From Okamejei kenojei (Eukaryota), in the NCBI GenBank assembly GCA_035221665.1, contig CM069165.1, positions 17,050,001 to 17,114,000 on the forward strand: DNA of 64,000 nt. The letters are read 5' to 3'. The notes below the pieces were generated by a model. It saw only the letters and a program-made list of their open reading frames with translations. It was not told the origin of the DNA and searched no databases. The translations under genes and the position numbers were made by a program. Positions 11,261-24,297 of the stretch are shown here, piece by piece; positions within the stretch are counted from its first letter, which is position 1, and each line of letters opens with the position of its first letter.

Positions 11261-14200
11261 TATTCTGAACCTTTTATAAAACTGGCCCGATCTCAGCTGG
11301 ACTACTGTCTCGGTCAGTCCTTATACAAGGTCTCAACCTGAAACATCAGCGAACCTTTTGCCTCCATGGAGTTCATGCAGCAGCTCATTTTTATGCAGAT
11401 TATTAAGAGGACGTATGGCAGTGGTGTTTGGAATTATGAATGGTTTATCATGGGTGTTTAAGAATTAGACAAGGAAAAGGCTGTTTTTGATTGAAGAAGC
11501 TGTTTCAAGTGAAGATGGGACATTTTAAAGGCAGACTTTTCATTGTCTGAGGAAGACTTCAGAACCATCTGAACCATTCCTAACCATCTATCCAAATATC
11601 TTTTGCAAGTTGTAATTGCATTTATGCCTACAGATTCCTCTGACAACTTGTTGCTGGTGTGGATTGCCCTTTAAATGAAAGAGTGACTCCTGGAGTCCCT
11701 CTTAAATCTCTCTCCACTTACTTTAGGCCTATGTCGTCTCATTTTAGAATTCTCTACTCTGGGGAGAAGACTATAAGCATTAACTTTATTCATGCTCTTC
11801 AGATTTTGTATACCTGAAGGAGGTCGCTCCTCGGACTCTTATGCTCTTAAATAAAATATCCCATCTTAACCATCCACTCCCTACAACTCAAGCCACAAGT
11901 CCAGGTAACACCCTGGTGAATCTCATTTGCACTGCTTCCAATTTAAGCCCTTCCTAATGCAGGGCATGCCAAACACAAAGTAACCAAAGTATGGTTCATT
12001 GATGACTTGTTCAGCTGTATAATGATGTCCCAACTTTTGTACTCAAAACGTTTCCCAATATAAGCAATTATGCCAAATGACACCTTCACTGCCCTGTTCA
12101 CTCGAACCGCCCTGGCATTTTCAGTTGTATGATTTACAATTAGGGAGCACAGATATAATGTGGCTGTGAAACAAATTAGAATTTTTGTCCACAATATTAT
12201 GATCTAGAATGATTAGATTAAAAGGCAGCGGATGTAAATTCCACAGTGAATGTCGAAAGGAAATGAAATACCCATGATAAATCTTCAAGCTCAAGAAGTG
12301 AAAAGTAGGAGCAATTTGGCGAACATGATGAACAAAATGATTTCTATTTGTATTCTGTAATAGAATACAAAATCTTCAGCGGGGACTTGGATAATAATTG
12401 TCCTGTAAGGTGAGGTAATGTTTTTATCTCTTAAAACATACATTATGCCATCCAACTCTTCAAGACTGCTCTAAAATTTATAATATCATTACTAATTTCT
12501 ACCTCATTAATCTGCCTTAAAACTGTAATCCTTAAATCGTGTATCTAACAAAAATCTGGCGCACTGTTTTGAAACTTTCATTAAATCATCCTCTAACCTT
12601 CCATGTTGCAGAAGACAGAGTAGTGTTGGTATCCAATCATCGGTTTAACTTTTTAGCCCCGATATGTGGATATATATCTGTGAAGACTTGCTGTTAAGAC
12701 ATCCTCAAGGCCAATGTTTACTTTGAAGCAGAGTCCAGAACGGAACAGATGTCAGTCCAAGGCCTGACAAAGTTGCAGCTAACGTTGCAATGCTTTTGAG
12801 ATCAAAGTCAGCATTTCCTTGGGTTTGTAAATTATTTTTAGTCCCTTTCTGTAGCCTTAAATTTCAATACATGGTACTCCTGAACTCCTTTACTTTTAGT
12901 GCCAAGATTAGCAGAATTTTGCAAAATATTCTGCCCTATCTTCCATTGTTTAAAGTGGGTGGCCACATTTCCCAACAGAAGACTTGCTGCCAGTTGGCTC
13001 ACTGGCAGCCTATTCCTGCCCCTTTGGCAATAGCAGCCAAAGCAGTTTGGTCGAACATTGTATTGCTGTGTGATGAACCTGGGGTTTCATCAAGGTGCTT
13101 CCTGATTACGGCAATGCCGAGATCAATTATTTCTGATTGGGTATCTGTTCCAGCTGTTTGGAGCCTGTCTTGTGTGGACATTTTCTCCGGGGAGACCAAC
13201 GTGGACAAGAGTGTGCAGCCTAATTATCTGCTCACTTGTTTAAACCATTCCAACCCTCTGTTAGGAGCAATAGTAGGCCATTTGGCCCATCAAGCCTGCA
13301 CTTCCATTCATCATGATCACAGCTGCCCCTCTTGCTTGGCTTTATTTTCCTGTCCTATTCCTACTTTGTTTTTTTTTAATCCAGAAGCCAATGATAGCTC
13401 TTTTGGGTAAGTGCCGTGTACAGTTTAAGTCCCAATATATTTTTCGTACTTCATTGGAGACCGACCAAAGAAGGTCCACTCAGTTGATTCCTGGCAAAAT
13501 GGGATGATGTTAGAATGGAGTTTGAGCAGGCTGACCCAATTCAATTACTTCAGAATGACTTATGATTTATTTTACTGTAGTACAAGATTCTGATAGGGTT
13601 TAACAACACTAGGTATATGCTGAGAATGTGTTTCCCTCGGTTTTAGTGTGGCGGTGATATCCAGAAGTGGATTGCATCATTCCAGAAGAAAGGGCAATTC
13701 ATTTAAATTGGAGATGACAAGGAATGTATTTCTCTTTAGATTTTTTTTCTCCTCTTGTCAATAGCTTTATTTGTCACACATGGAACTGAACACAATACAT
13801 TGCACACGTGGGCACTGCCATTTGTGCAAGACTCATTAAATATATTCACGGCAGAGCTCTGTGGACCTTTCGACAGCGAGTGAGTTGGAGTATGAGAAAA
13901 CAGGAAAATGTTGTTTAAGCCAATTATCCTTTTGCTCTTGGCTCGTGTGTTAACCAAGACTCAATATAATTACAGTAAAACTGGGTATCCTTTCTCTATC
14001 AATTTGTGCAACAATTTTGTTTGAGCCTCAATTCAAAGCAGTAATTTGGATTTTTGCGTTGAATGACATTTGAATACTTTTTAAAAAATAAATTATGCTG
14101 CACTGCATACGCAAAACAAAAGATCGGCTTTATTTGCGTTAAAGGTAAATCTTTCTAATCTCCATTCTCACCGTCTCACTCCACTGGCCCCATTTTTTTT

Positions 14201-14602
14201 TTAAGGCCCAGGCCTTTGCTTGTGCAGGTAGTTGGAACCTGAACATTGAGTGGAACCTGTTCCACTTCCAGTCTACTTAAAAATACTGTGTCTCATGAAG
14301 ACTCATGTTTATATTTCCATTTGTGTGAACAATGCAGCAAGATTCAGAATACCAGCAAGGTTGGACAAATTTTGACCCCATTGTCACTTTTCACTCGTGA
14401 TCCAGACATCTCCAGTTTTTTGTGTAATTTGCTGTGTCGTAGCTGGTGCAAGTTGAAATTGTGACTTTTAGAATTCAAATAGAAACATAATTACTGGGAA
14501 TGAATGAGTAGGTGGATGCTATGATGTAGATTAACCTTATCTAATGCATAATTAAAATGCAAAGCTATATTTTCTAATGTTATATTTTTGTCTCTTCCTC
14601 AG

Positions 14603-14743
14603 TCTCCAACTAAAGCTGTGTATAATGCCAGACACTGGAATCAGCCTGAGGCGGAGGAGCTCCCTTCAACACTGTCACAATCTCACAACGCAGCAGGGAG
14701 TGCCACAAGCAAGCAGCCACTGGCGCAGTCTCAGACAACACCG
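14603..14743 (+). CDS. WAPL: WAPL coding exon (first found in window), phase 0-0
   Basis: ttcctcag|TCT...CCG|gtgagt; SPTKAVYNARHWNQPEAEELP matches vertebrate WAPL SPTKAVYNARHWN. Confidence 0.93.
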
Positions 14744-16739
14744 GTGAGTGTCCATTATCGGTGCAGCAAGCAGAAAGTGCCTCTTGGCCAAGTGGCATTC
14801 TTAATAAACACAGTTGCCCTTTGTGGATGGTGCTGGAGAGTGTTTGAAAGCTAGGCTCTGGTATTGGTCTCTTATACAGGGTGGTGTGTAAATGGAATGA
14901 ACTGCCGGAGAAGGTAATTGAAGCAGAAACAATGACAACATTTAAAAGACATTTGGACAAGTACATGGATAGGAAAGGTTTAGAGGGATCTGGGCCAAAC
15001 ACAGGCAGGGGGGAACTCTTGTAGATGGGGCACATTGGTCAAGCTGGACGAAGGGCCTATTTCCGTGCCACATGACCCTGACTAATGTAAGAAATGCACA
15101 TCTTTTCCGTTGCCTTTCTCCTGTGTTCTTGTGTGACTACTGGAAAGACATCTGTCAATTCTCCAGATGTTCCTTTGGCTCTTTGCTGCAGTTTAATCTG
15201 TGCGGAAGCTTCTACACTCTTTCATAAAGAGAAGACACATTTTGCCTTTTTCTCACCAGTTATTATCGTGGCAAAATCTAATTGCTTCAGTATCACCAAG
15301 CTCCACCTTGTTTGTTCATGTAGAGGTTTCAATGCAAAAAAAAGCCATTTAGTGCAATCAATTCATGATGACATCCAACTTTTTCGAGGACCATACACCC
15401 ACCACCATTTGTGTGAAAAAGCTACCTCTTAGCTATTAAATCTTTCCCCCTTCATCTTAAACCTATGTCCTCTAGTTCTTGATTTCCCCTATTCTGGGCA
15501 AGAGACTCTGCGTCTACTCGATCTATTCCTCTCATGATTTTGTACACCTCTACTCCAGAAAGAGGTCTTCAAAATCTATTTCTTCTGCCTTCTTCTGATC
15601 CTCTCATCTCCATTCCCTCATTTGTTTACCGGAATTCACTGGGAACATCTAATTTTAATGACTTAATAGTACTCATATTGTCCATTAAAATTGAGGCTGA
15701 ATTGTTGACAGTTCTTACAGATGTTTGTGGGAAATTATTAATGTTTGATATGATTTAACTTTGAAACTGGAATTGCTGACATTTAGCAGGGGGGGGTGGT
15801 GCATTGTTCTTTCCTGCATTGTCACTTTCTGGCTAAGTTTAAAAAAAAAAAATCCTTGTATAGTGGTTGGTTTCCCTTCTTTTAAGATTTGAATTGAAAT
15901 CCTTGCTTGGTTTCTGAAATAAAGCATCAATGTAAAAATACTCACCAGGTCTACACGCCAATACTGCAAAACAAAACCACGTGATAATAAGCTTTCAGGA
16001 GATGAAATGTCATTGATGTGAAACATCAGCTCACTGCCTCTGTCTGTGCCAACACTACCTGAAAGACTATTTTCAGCATTTCCTGTTTCCTGTGCAGTTT
16101 ACCAACATCTGCAGTATTTTGCTTTCTCTGTTCCAATATTAAGAATACTTACTCTTGTTCTGCTGCCTTTTCGCCTTGTGTCTCAGCCCATGGACTGACG
16201 AATTTGCTCTATACCTTTTGTAAACGTAGACCTGTTTCAGATGAACAGTCAGTGCTGATTGCACAGTGATTAACGCCCAGCCGGTGACCTACTTACAGCT
16301 GAGTTATGGCTAAATGCCATATGACTTGCCTTTACACAACTTAACACTGAGCTTGAATTTCAGCTTGACAAACAGACATTTATCTGGATATATTTTAAAA
16401 AGTTTATTCGTATAGCATCTACTTTTTTTATTACTTTGCCAGATGAGTATGTTATTTGTTGCTCTGGCTTAATTAGAAGGAAGTGGTAAAGTGCTGCCTT
16501 GAAGTCCTTCAGTATTGTTGTGGATTGAGTCTAGCTGATATGTTCAATGTTGTCCATCCATTTCTTGACTTTTCCTATTTCCAGGGCAATAGGTGTCCTA
16601 TCTGAAGAGAGATTGAGTAGGCTAGGACTTTTGCAGGATTTCAACATCACTGGCAAGGCCAACATTTATTGCTCATGTCTTGCTGCTCTTAACAGAGAAA
16701 TTGATGGTGAGCCACCACTACTGCGTGGCTTGCTAGACC

Positions 16740-17620
16740 ACTTGATATTGGTTTATTATTGCAACGTGTACCAAGTGAAAATCTATCATCCTGTACTTGA
16801 GCACAATCAAGCCATATGCAAGTACAACAGATCGTGCAAAGAGAAAAATACCAGAGTTTAGAATGTAGTGTTCCAACATTAAAGCTTTGTTACAGAGAAG
16901 ATGTTCAGGTCAGCATTGTGATAGGTTGGAAGGGCGGGTCCACACCCTTATATTATGACCGTACTGTTCAGTAGTCTGATAATTGTTAGGAAGAAGCTGT
17001 TCCTGAATCTAGTGGTACATGCCCGATGGAAGAAGGGAGAAGAGGGAATGAATGGGCTGAAAAAAATCTTAGGTTGACTGCTTTCTCAACGCATGCATGA
17101 AGAGTAGATGGAGTTGATTGTTGTGGAGGGTGGAATGTGTGATAGACTGGGCTGCATCCACAACTCTGCGATGTTTTGCAGTCTTGGCAGAGGTTTTGCC
17201 AAACCAGGCTTGGATGCAGCCCTATAGAGTCAATGGAGCCTTGCTGACCTTCTCCAGTCTTCTTAGAAGAGTTGTTGGTGTGTTTTCTTGACCATAGCTT
17301 CAATATGGTTGGTCCAGGACAAGTTGTTGGAGATATTTACACCCAGAAACATGAAGCTCTAGAAACACTGGCACCATTAATGCTGATTGTGTTATGTACT
17401 CCACCTCGCTTCCTGAAGTCAAGAACTAATTCCATCATCTTGTAACAGTGAAGTAGAGGTTGTCTTGATACATTCTATCTTCCGTCTGTACTCTATTCAT
17501 TGATGATCTCTGGCCCACCTCAGTCGTCATCTGCAATTTTGTAAATGGAATTAGACCAGAATTTAGCCACAGGGTCGTGAGCGAATAGGGAGTATAGTAA
17601 GTGTCTTCAGAGAGCATTTG
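16740..17620 (-). mobile_element. Degenerate Rex/L2-type LINE
   Basis: aggaagaagctgttcctgaatct, ccacctcgcttcctgaagtc and gtcgtcatctgcaatttt (reverse of a K-I/F-ADD RT motif). Confidence 0.7.
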
Positions 17621-19462
17621 AGTTAACCAGATTGGTGTATCTGGAATCGGGCTAAATAAGTATGGCACATTTCCTACTCTAGAGGTCAAAGTCTTAGAAT
17701 AAGAGATGGGCTATTTATGACTGAGATAAGGGTGAGAAATCTATGTAATTCTTATCTCAAAGGCCAATTAATGTTTTTATTGAGTTTGGTCAGTTTTCTA
17801 AATATTAAGGGAGTTCACGTATATGGGAATAATGTCAGGAAATGGCACTGAGGGGTAAAAGATCTGGCATGATTTTAATGCTGATAGACCACTCTCAAAA
17901 CGCCCGAGTTACCCGCTCCTATTCCAAGTTGCTATATTTCCTTGTATTTAGTCATTTTTGAAATTGAGGCTTCAATACCCGTTTAGTTTAACTCTGCTCT
18001 GGCTGTATCTTTCTTCTACATCTGTCTTCGATATTCCTTATCAGCAGGGTATATGCATTTTCCAATTGTATGGTTGCAGGAGAACATAGGAATAAGAGGA
18101 GGAGTAAGCCATTTGGCCCCTCATGCCTGCTCATCATTTGACGCTGTCACAGCTGGTCTTTCACCACAGCACCACCTCTCTGCATTAATCACTTGATTAA
18201 TTTAATAAACTGTTGAATTGCAAATTATGGCACCACTTTGCTACTACTCTCCTGAATCATGGTGCATTTTTTTGTGAGCAGCCAGATCAATATTATGACA
18301 TTTCACAAAGAAAATAACTGTTAAAAGAAAATCCTGACGTCAAATTAGCAAGATGAATATTTTTTTTAAATACATAGATCAAGACCCATTTTCTGATCTT
18401 GGTAGGTATTTCAAAGCCCACCACAGTACTTAATTAGCAAATAACTGTCAGTGTAATTGCAGCTCGTGCCATACTAGTTTGCAATCTTGTTTGTGGTACA
18501 TAGTTGTAATTTGATGTTTGAGAGCATGTTTCTTATAGCAGCAAACATAGGTATAAATTATGTATAATGCAGTGTTCCAGGATTTTATTTATTTTTCAAT
18601 AACTAACCAGATAAAGTAGGATCATGACCACATCTTGGGTTTGATGCTCAACAGCTCATGCAAGCCAATAATAATCCAAAAAAAGCAATTCCAAATCTAA
18701 ACTTAGGTTATTTTTATACATAATTGGACTCCTTTATGCCACAAATGATTTTCCTGCACTCTGCACCGTACATAATCTTCATTGAGAGGAACCAGTGGGT
18801 GGTATAATGGCGCAGCAGATCTTGTCTCCCAGTTACAGTAACCAAAGTTTGTTCTTGAGCTTGCGGGATACACTTATAGAGACAGAGGAGGCTGCAGAAA
18901 GAGGTTGAATCAGATCAGTGACCCAAAAAAGAGGCATGCAGCAGACACTGCAAATCTGTAAAAAAAAATGTAGAACTCAGCGGTTTAGGCAGCATCCGAG
19001 GAGGGAAATGGGTAGTCAATGTGTCAGGTCGAAATCCTTCATCTAGAATTGGGAGGGGGGATGAAAAGAACTGATGTGCATGTAAAAGGGAATGGATTAC
19101 AAATCAATAATTGGGTCAGTGTGATTACTGTGAGAGCCAGCAACGGCGAGATGGACTGATAGCCTCTTGTTTCATAAAGAAGTATGAAATAACGGAACGA
19201 AAGAAAATAAGGAAAATATTGATTTGTCATTTAATGTGCTTTATTTTTAGCGTGATCTTCCTCTTTCTAAACAAGTGCCAATTGTTTTCAGTTTCATCTT
19301 CAGTATGGCTAAACTTTTACCATAACATTCTCATTATTACAGTTGAAGAGGCCAGTTGCATAACTGTTGGGGTACATGCAGTAGTTGAAGCTTTCTCTGT
19401 GCGCACCACTTTTGTCAGACATTTTCGTCTTAACCTGGTTATAATTTGGATTTTGCTCATAG

Positions 19463-19615
19463 GTCGTAGCCACCACAAATGAAACTGCTCAGAAGGATGA
19501 AGGAGTCTTCAAAGCCCCTCCTCCTCCTCCCCGCGTGATCAAAACTGTAACCATACCAACCCAACCATACCAAGACATTGTGACTGCACTGAAATGTAGG
19601 AAGGAAGATAAAGAG
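19463..19615 (+). CDS. WAPL: WAPL coding exon, phase 0-0
   Basis: ctcatag|GTC...GAG|gtaat; [51 protein letters not shown]. Confidence 0.95.
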
Positions 19616-19829
19616 GTAATGGTCTCATCTCCTCTCAGATTAACTTGGATGATAAAATTGTTCTTGGAGGTTCGCGGGGATATCTGCAAAGCTTGGAGTC
19701 ATTGAATGTTTATCCAAGCTGCTCTTTTTTGCGGTGTTAAAACACAGAAAATATTTTGCGTTGCTCATAAGTTGTAAGATCTCAGTACACAGTTTACATA
19801 GTATTAACAATGTAGTCCCAAATGTATAT

Positions 19830-20820
19830 ATGAAGGAACTGCAGGTGCTGGTTTAAACCAAATATAGACACAAAAAGCTGGAGTAACTCAGCGGGGCAGG
19901 CAGCATCTATGGAGAGAATGAATGGGCGACGTTTCGGGTCGAGATCCTCTTTCAGACTAACGTTAGGGGGGAGGGAAATGGGTAACGAAATGTGAAGGTG
20001 TGAAAACAGGACAAAGGGAATGGAGATCGAGGAATATGCAGAATAGATCATTGTTAGCTGGGAGAAGGTAACAACAAAGCAAATAAAATGTAGTCGAAGA
20101 CAGTAAGACTGGTCCGAGAACTGGGGAGGGATGGAGAGAGAGGGAAAGTAAGGGTTACTTGAACTTAGAGTAGTCAATGTTCACACTGTTAGGAAGTCAG
20201 CTGCCCAAGCAAAATATGAGGTCTGTTCCCCTAATTTGCGCTGGGCCTCACCCTGACAATGGAGGAGGCCCAGGACAGAAAGATAAGTGTGGCCGGGGGA
20301 GTTGAAAGTGTCCAGCAACCGGGAGATCAGGTTGGTTCAGGCAGACTGAACCATACCAAGACATTGTGACTGACCATTCAGGTGGTCAGCTAAATGATCG
20401 CCGAGTCTACCCTTGGCCTCGGGAACATCGGATACAGTAGATGAGGTTGGAGGACGTGCAAGTGAACCTCTGCATCACCTGAAAAGACAGTGGGGGTCCT
20501 TGGATGGAGTCAAGACGGGAGGTATAGGGACAGGTGTTGCGTTTCCTGTGGTTGCAGGGGAAAGTACCTGGGGATGGGGTTGTTTGAGTGGGAAGGGACG
20601 ATTTGACCAGGAGTTGCTGAGGGAACGATCTCTGCAGAAAGGCGTGGAGATGGGAAGATGTAGCTAGTGGTGGGATCCCTTGGAGGTGGCGAAAATGTTG
20701 GAGGATTATGTGTTTTATGTGGCAGCTGATGGGGTGGAAGATGAAGACTAGGGGGACTCTGTCCCTGTTAGGTCTGGGGGGAAGCAAGAACGGAGCTGTG
20801 GTATATCGAGGAGACCCGGG
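19830..20820 (-). mobile_element. Penelope-like retroelement 3' part (Cys-rich linker, GIY-YIG endonuclease relic, pLTR with hammerhead-like core)
   Basis: ORF 20407-20787 RDRVPLV...GTFPCNHRKRNTCPY...FTCTSSNLIYCIRCSR; degenerate CTGA..GA/GAAACGTC core at ~19928-19955. Confidence 0.9.
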
Positions 20821-20879
20821 GGGGGGGGGGGGGGGGTCGTCTCTGATTGCCTATACCAAGGTCTAATGTGCCAAGTTAA

Positions 20880-21390
20880 CTCTGGGAGTATTGTGTCCAG
20901 TTTTAGTCATCCTGCTACAGAAAAGATGTTCATTTGGAAAGAGTGGCGGTAAGATTTACAAAGCTGTTGCCAAGACTTGAGGGCGTGAGCTCAGGGAGAG
21001 GTTGACCAGGCTCGGACATTTATTTTAAGTGCAGGGGGATGAGAGGTGATCTTATAGAGATGTACACGGCCATGAGGGGAATAGATGGGGGTAGATCCAC
21101 AGCCTTTTCCCCAGAGTAGAGGAACCAAGAAACATAGGTATTGTGTTGGCTGAGAGGGAAAAGATTTAAGAGGAACCCGAGGAGCAACTTTTTCACTTGG
21201 AGGGTGGTGGTTATATGAAGCGAGTTGTGAGAGGGGGTACATGAGGAAGGTACTATAATAACTTTAAAAATACATTTGGTATGTGGATATTAAAGGTTTA
21301 GAGGGATGTGGGTCAAATGTAGATTGGACATCTGGTTGGCATGGGCAAGGTGGCCGAAGGGTCTGTTTCGGTGCTGTATGACTGTGACTC
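20880..21390 (+). mobile_element. CR1 LINE 3' fragment
   Basis: gagtattgtgtccagttt (EYCVQF), gagaggtgatcttatagag (RGDLIE), CR1 3' UTR. Confidence 0.85.
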
Positions 21391-21445
21391 TATTTTGCAT
21401 TTAGCTGATGAAATTCTAAGATACTGGTTTGTTTTTGTATTTCAG

Positions 21446-21582
21446 TTGTACACTGTGGTCCAGCACGTGAAGCACTTCAATGATGTGGTGGAATTTGGAG
21501 AAAACCAAGAGTTTACAGATGACATTGAGTACTTGCTCAGTGGATTGAAGTGCTCTCAGCCTCTCAACACACGCTGCCTTAG
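21446..21582 (+). CDS. WAPL: WAPL coding exon, phase 0-2 (start of WAPL domain)
   Basis: tttcag|TTG...AG|gtatgt; [45 protein letters not shown]. Confidence 0.97.
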
Positions 21583-22244
21583 GTATGTTGCTGGGCATAG
21601 AGTCTCGCTGTTTCGGTGCTCTTCATTTTGGTTGATGTATTCTTTGTGGTTATTCTTTTCAATATACTGCAGATTTTACCTGCACTGTGCGAGGGATTGA
21701 GGGAGGAGATTAGTATATTGGTTGTACAGAAAATGGCCCTGTTTGTCACATACCAAAAGCTCTGCCAGAACTAGAAATTATATCTCTGCGATTTATCGAA
21801 TGGGTTCACTCAGGTATTCTGGTTTCAGGGGTGTTAATATTTTATCAAATTAGATTGTAAGTTCAAGTCTCACACTGTAATATATTTATAATGCATATAT
21901 TGATGTATGTATATACAAGACCGTTGGACAGGTACATGGATAGAAAAGGTTTAGAGGGATATGAGCCAAATACATGTAGGTGGGACTAGTGTGGATGGGG
22001 CCTCTTGGTCAGCATGGGCAAGTTGGGCTGATGGGCCTGCTTCTATGCTGTATGACTCTGACTGTTACCATATATTGAGCAATAGAATGGCCCTTCAACA
22101 CAGTTGAAAAGGCAGTGCTGTGTAAGTTCTGTATGTTGCAACAGAAAGAGGAGATTTTTGGGGGGCCAATTTGAGCTTTCTCTGTTTCACATTCTCCCTT
22201 GACCAGCATTTGCAAACTTATTTAACTGCTCATCAATTTCATTA

Positions 22245-23560
22245 AAGTTAGACACAAAATGCTGGAGTTACTCAATGGGTCAGGCTGCATCCCTGGAGAA
22301 AATGAAATATAGTGTGACGTTTCCGGTTGGGGCCCTTCTTCAGACTGATGGTCGGTGGGGGTGGGGGGGGGGGGGGGGGGTGGAGAGCAGAAACAAGAAA
22401 CTATCCGTGTGACACAGTGGCATAACGATAGAGCTTCTGCTTTGCAGCAACAGAGACCCGGGTTCAATCCTGACTACGGGTGCTCGTCTATGCAGAGTTT
22501 GTAAGTTCTCCCTGTGACCCGTGTGGTCTTTCTCCTAGATCTTCAGTTTCTTCCCACACTCAAGACGTACAGATTTGTAGGTTAATTGCCTTGGTATAAA
22601 TGTAAAATTGTCCTTTATGTGTGGAGGGTAGTATTCAAATGCAGTGCTCAGTGAACCGAAGGGCGCTGTATCTCTAAACTATACTTAAAAAAAAAAAGTC
22701 AGGGCCAGAAACGGATGACCTCGTGCATGGCAGCTCCCTGATAGGCCAATTGTTGACTAGGGCCAGTGTGATCCCAAGGGATCATTGTTATATCCAAGCT
22801 GGATTTGCCAGGTACTGTGTTTAATGTGGGATCATTGTTGTAAACTGTGGAACAGGTTAACTGACCTTTAGTGGAGGAAGAGGATGGCAAGAGGGGGGGG
22901 GGAGTGAGTGTAGAAGTCACCTAAAATTAGAGAATTCAACATTCATTCTGCTGGATTGTAAGCTAGCCAAGCAAAATATGAGGTGCTGTTCCTCCAATGT
23001 ACACATGGCCTCGCTCTGAAAATGGAGGAGGTCCAGGATAGAAAAATCAGTATGGGAATGGGCAAGGGGGTTAAAATGGTTGGCAACCAGGAGAGCCAGT
23101 AGGCCTTGATGAACCAAGTCCAAGTGTTCATCTTAGAACCCAGTGGTATGAACATGAGCAGCTTAGAACCCAGTGGTATGAATGTTGAATTCTCTAATTT
23201 TAGTTAAGTTTTACATTTATATACGCTCCCCTCCCCCGTCTCCTCACATTTTTTCCCTCACTTCCTCCACTAAAGGTTGGTTAACCAGTTCCACAGTTCA
23301 CAAGGATGTATCCCTGTTGGGATCACACCATCCTAACCAACAATTTGATCTGTCAGGGAACCACCCTGCCTGAGGTCGTCTGTTGTTTGTCCTGGTCTTC
23401 CAGTTCTCCCCCACCCCCTCTACAATCAATCTGTAGAAGGCTCCCAACCAGAAATGGCACCTGTCCACATTCTCCAGAGATGCTGCCTGACCCGCTGAAT
23501 TACTCCAGCATTTTGTGTTTATCTTTGGTAGAAACTGCAACTGTACTTTATTTTTATTAC
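22245..23560. mobile_element. Penelope element with inverted arms (- arm ~22245-23130 interrupted by a SINE; + arm ~23160-23560)
   Basis: ORF 22917-23123 VANHFN...LEEQHLIFCLASLQ..MNVEFSNFR is a GIY-YIG C-terminus; ctaaaattagagaattcaacattc (22921) is the reverse complement of 23180-23203. Confidence 0.85.
22407..22690 (+). mobile_element. tRNA-derived SINE (HE1-like) with CR1-type tail
   Basis: A box-like cagtggcataacg, B box gggttcaatcc, tail ctgtatctctaaact. Confidence 0.85.
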
Positions 23561-24114
23561 ATTAGGGTCAAGTGTTCAGAATAGTTTTAGAATATGTAAG
23601 GTCGTGGATGATTGTGAGAGCGTTAGATATAGCTCTTCGGGCTAATGGTGCACTGATTTTGGATGATCAGCCATGATCATATTGAATGGCGGTGCAGGCT
23701 CAAAGGGCCGAAGAGCCTACTCCTGCAACTATTTACTATGTTTCTGTGTATGCCACAAATAAAGTATGTTGTGTTCCCACATCCTTCACAGCATCTCAAA
23801 GTTTGATTATTGCAGGTTTGTATTAAAAGAAGTGTGTGTGTCTGACCATCGAATTCAAGTTAAACGTCGCCCATCTCCTTAGATGCTGCTGCACCCGCTG
23901 AGTTTCTCCAGCCTTTTGTGTACCCTCGATTCTCCAGCATCTGCAGTTCCTTCTTTAATAAATTTTCTTTCCTATCTGATCATCTGGTTGATGTTCCCTG
24001 CATTCAGACAGACGATCATGCTGGACCATTTGTTGTCTGTGTTAAACTGTGCCAGTACAGTTGATACTGGCAAAGCATGACAGTATCAGGAGATTTAAAT
24101 TATTGTTGTACTAA

Positions 24115-24297
24115 AGGGCCTGTCCCACTTGGGCGTCATTTACGCGTCAAGACGCACGGCGTGTGTTGTGACGTGCATTTGATGTGCACTTGGCATGCAT
24201 TACGCGCGCATGGTGCGTCAGCAATCTTGTGCAGCGCCCCAAGATTTTGGGATTCACCTGCGTGACGCGCAAATGACGCCCAAGTGGGACAGGCCCT
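24115..24297. mobile_element. PIF/Harbinger-type MITE
   Basis: TIR agggcctgtcccacttgggcgtcattt / aaatgacgcccaagtgggacaggccct; TAA on both sides. Confidence 0.9.

Noticed and set aside
20817-20836. Poly-G runs (also 22362-22380 and 49833-49855) as functional G-quadruplexes
   Set aside because: They lie inside mobile elements, and homopolymer length is unreliable in assemblies.
22407-22480. tRNA gene
   Set aside because: The A/B boxes belong to a SINE head, and there is no complete cloverleaf.
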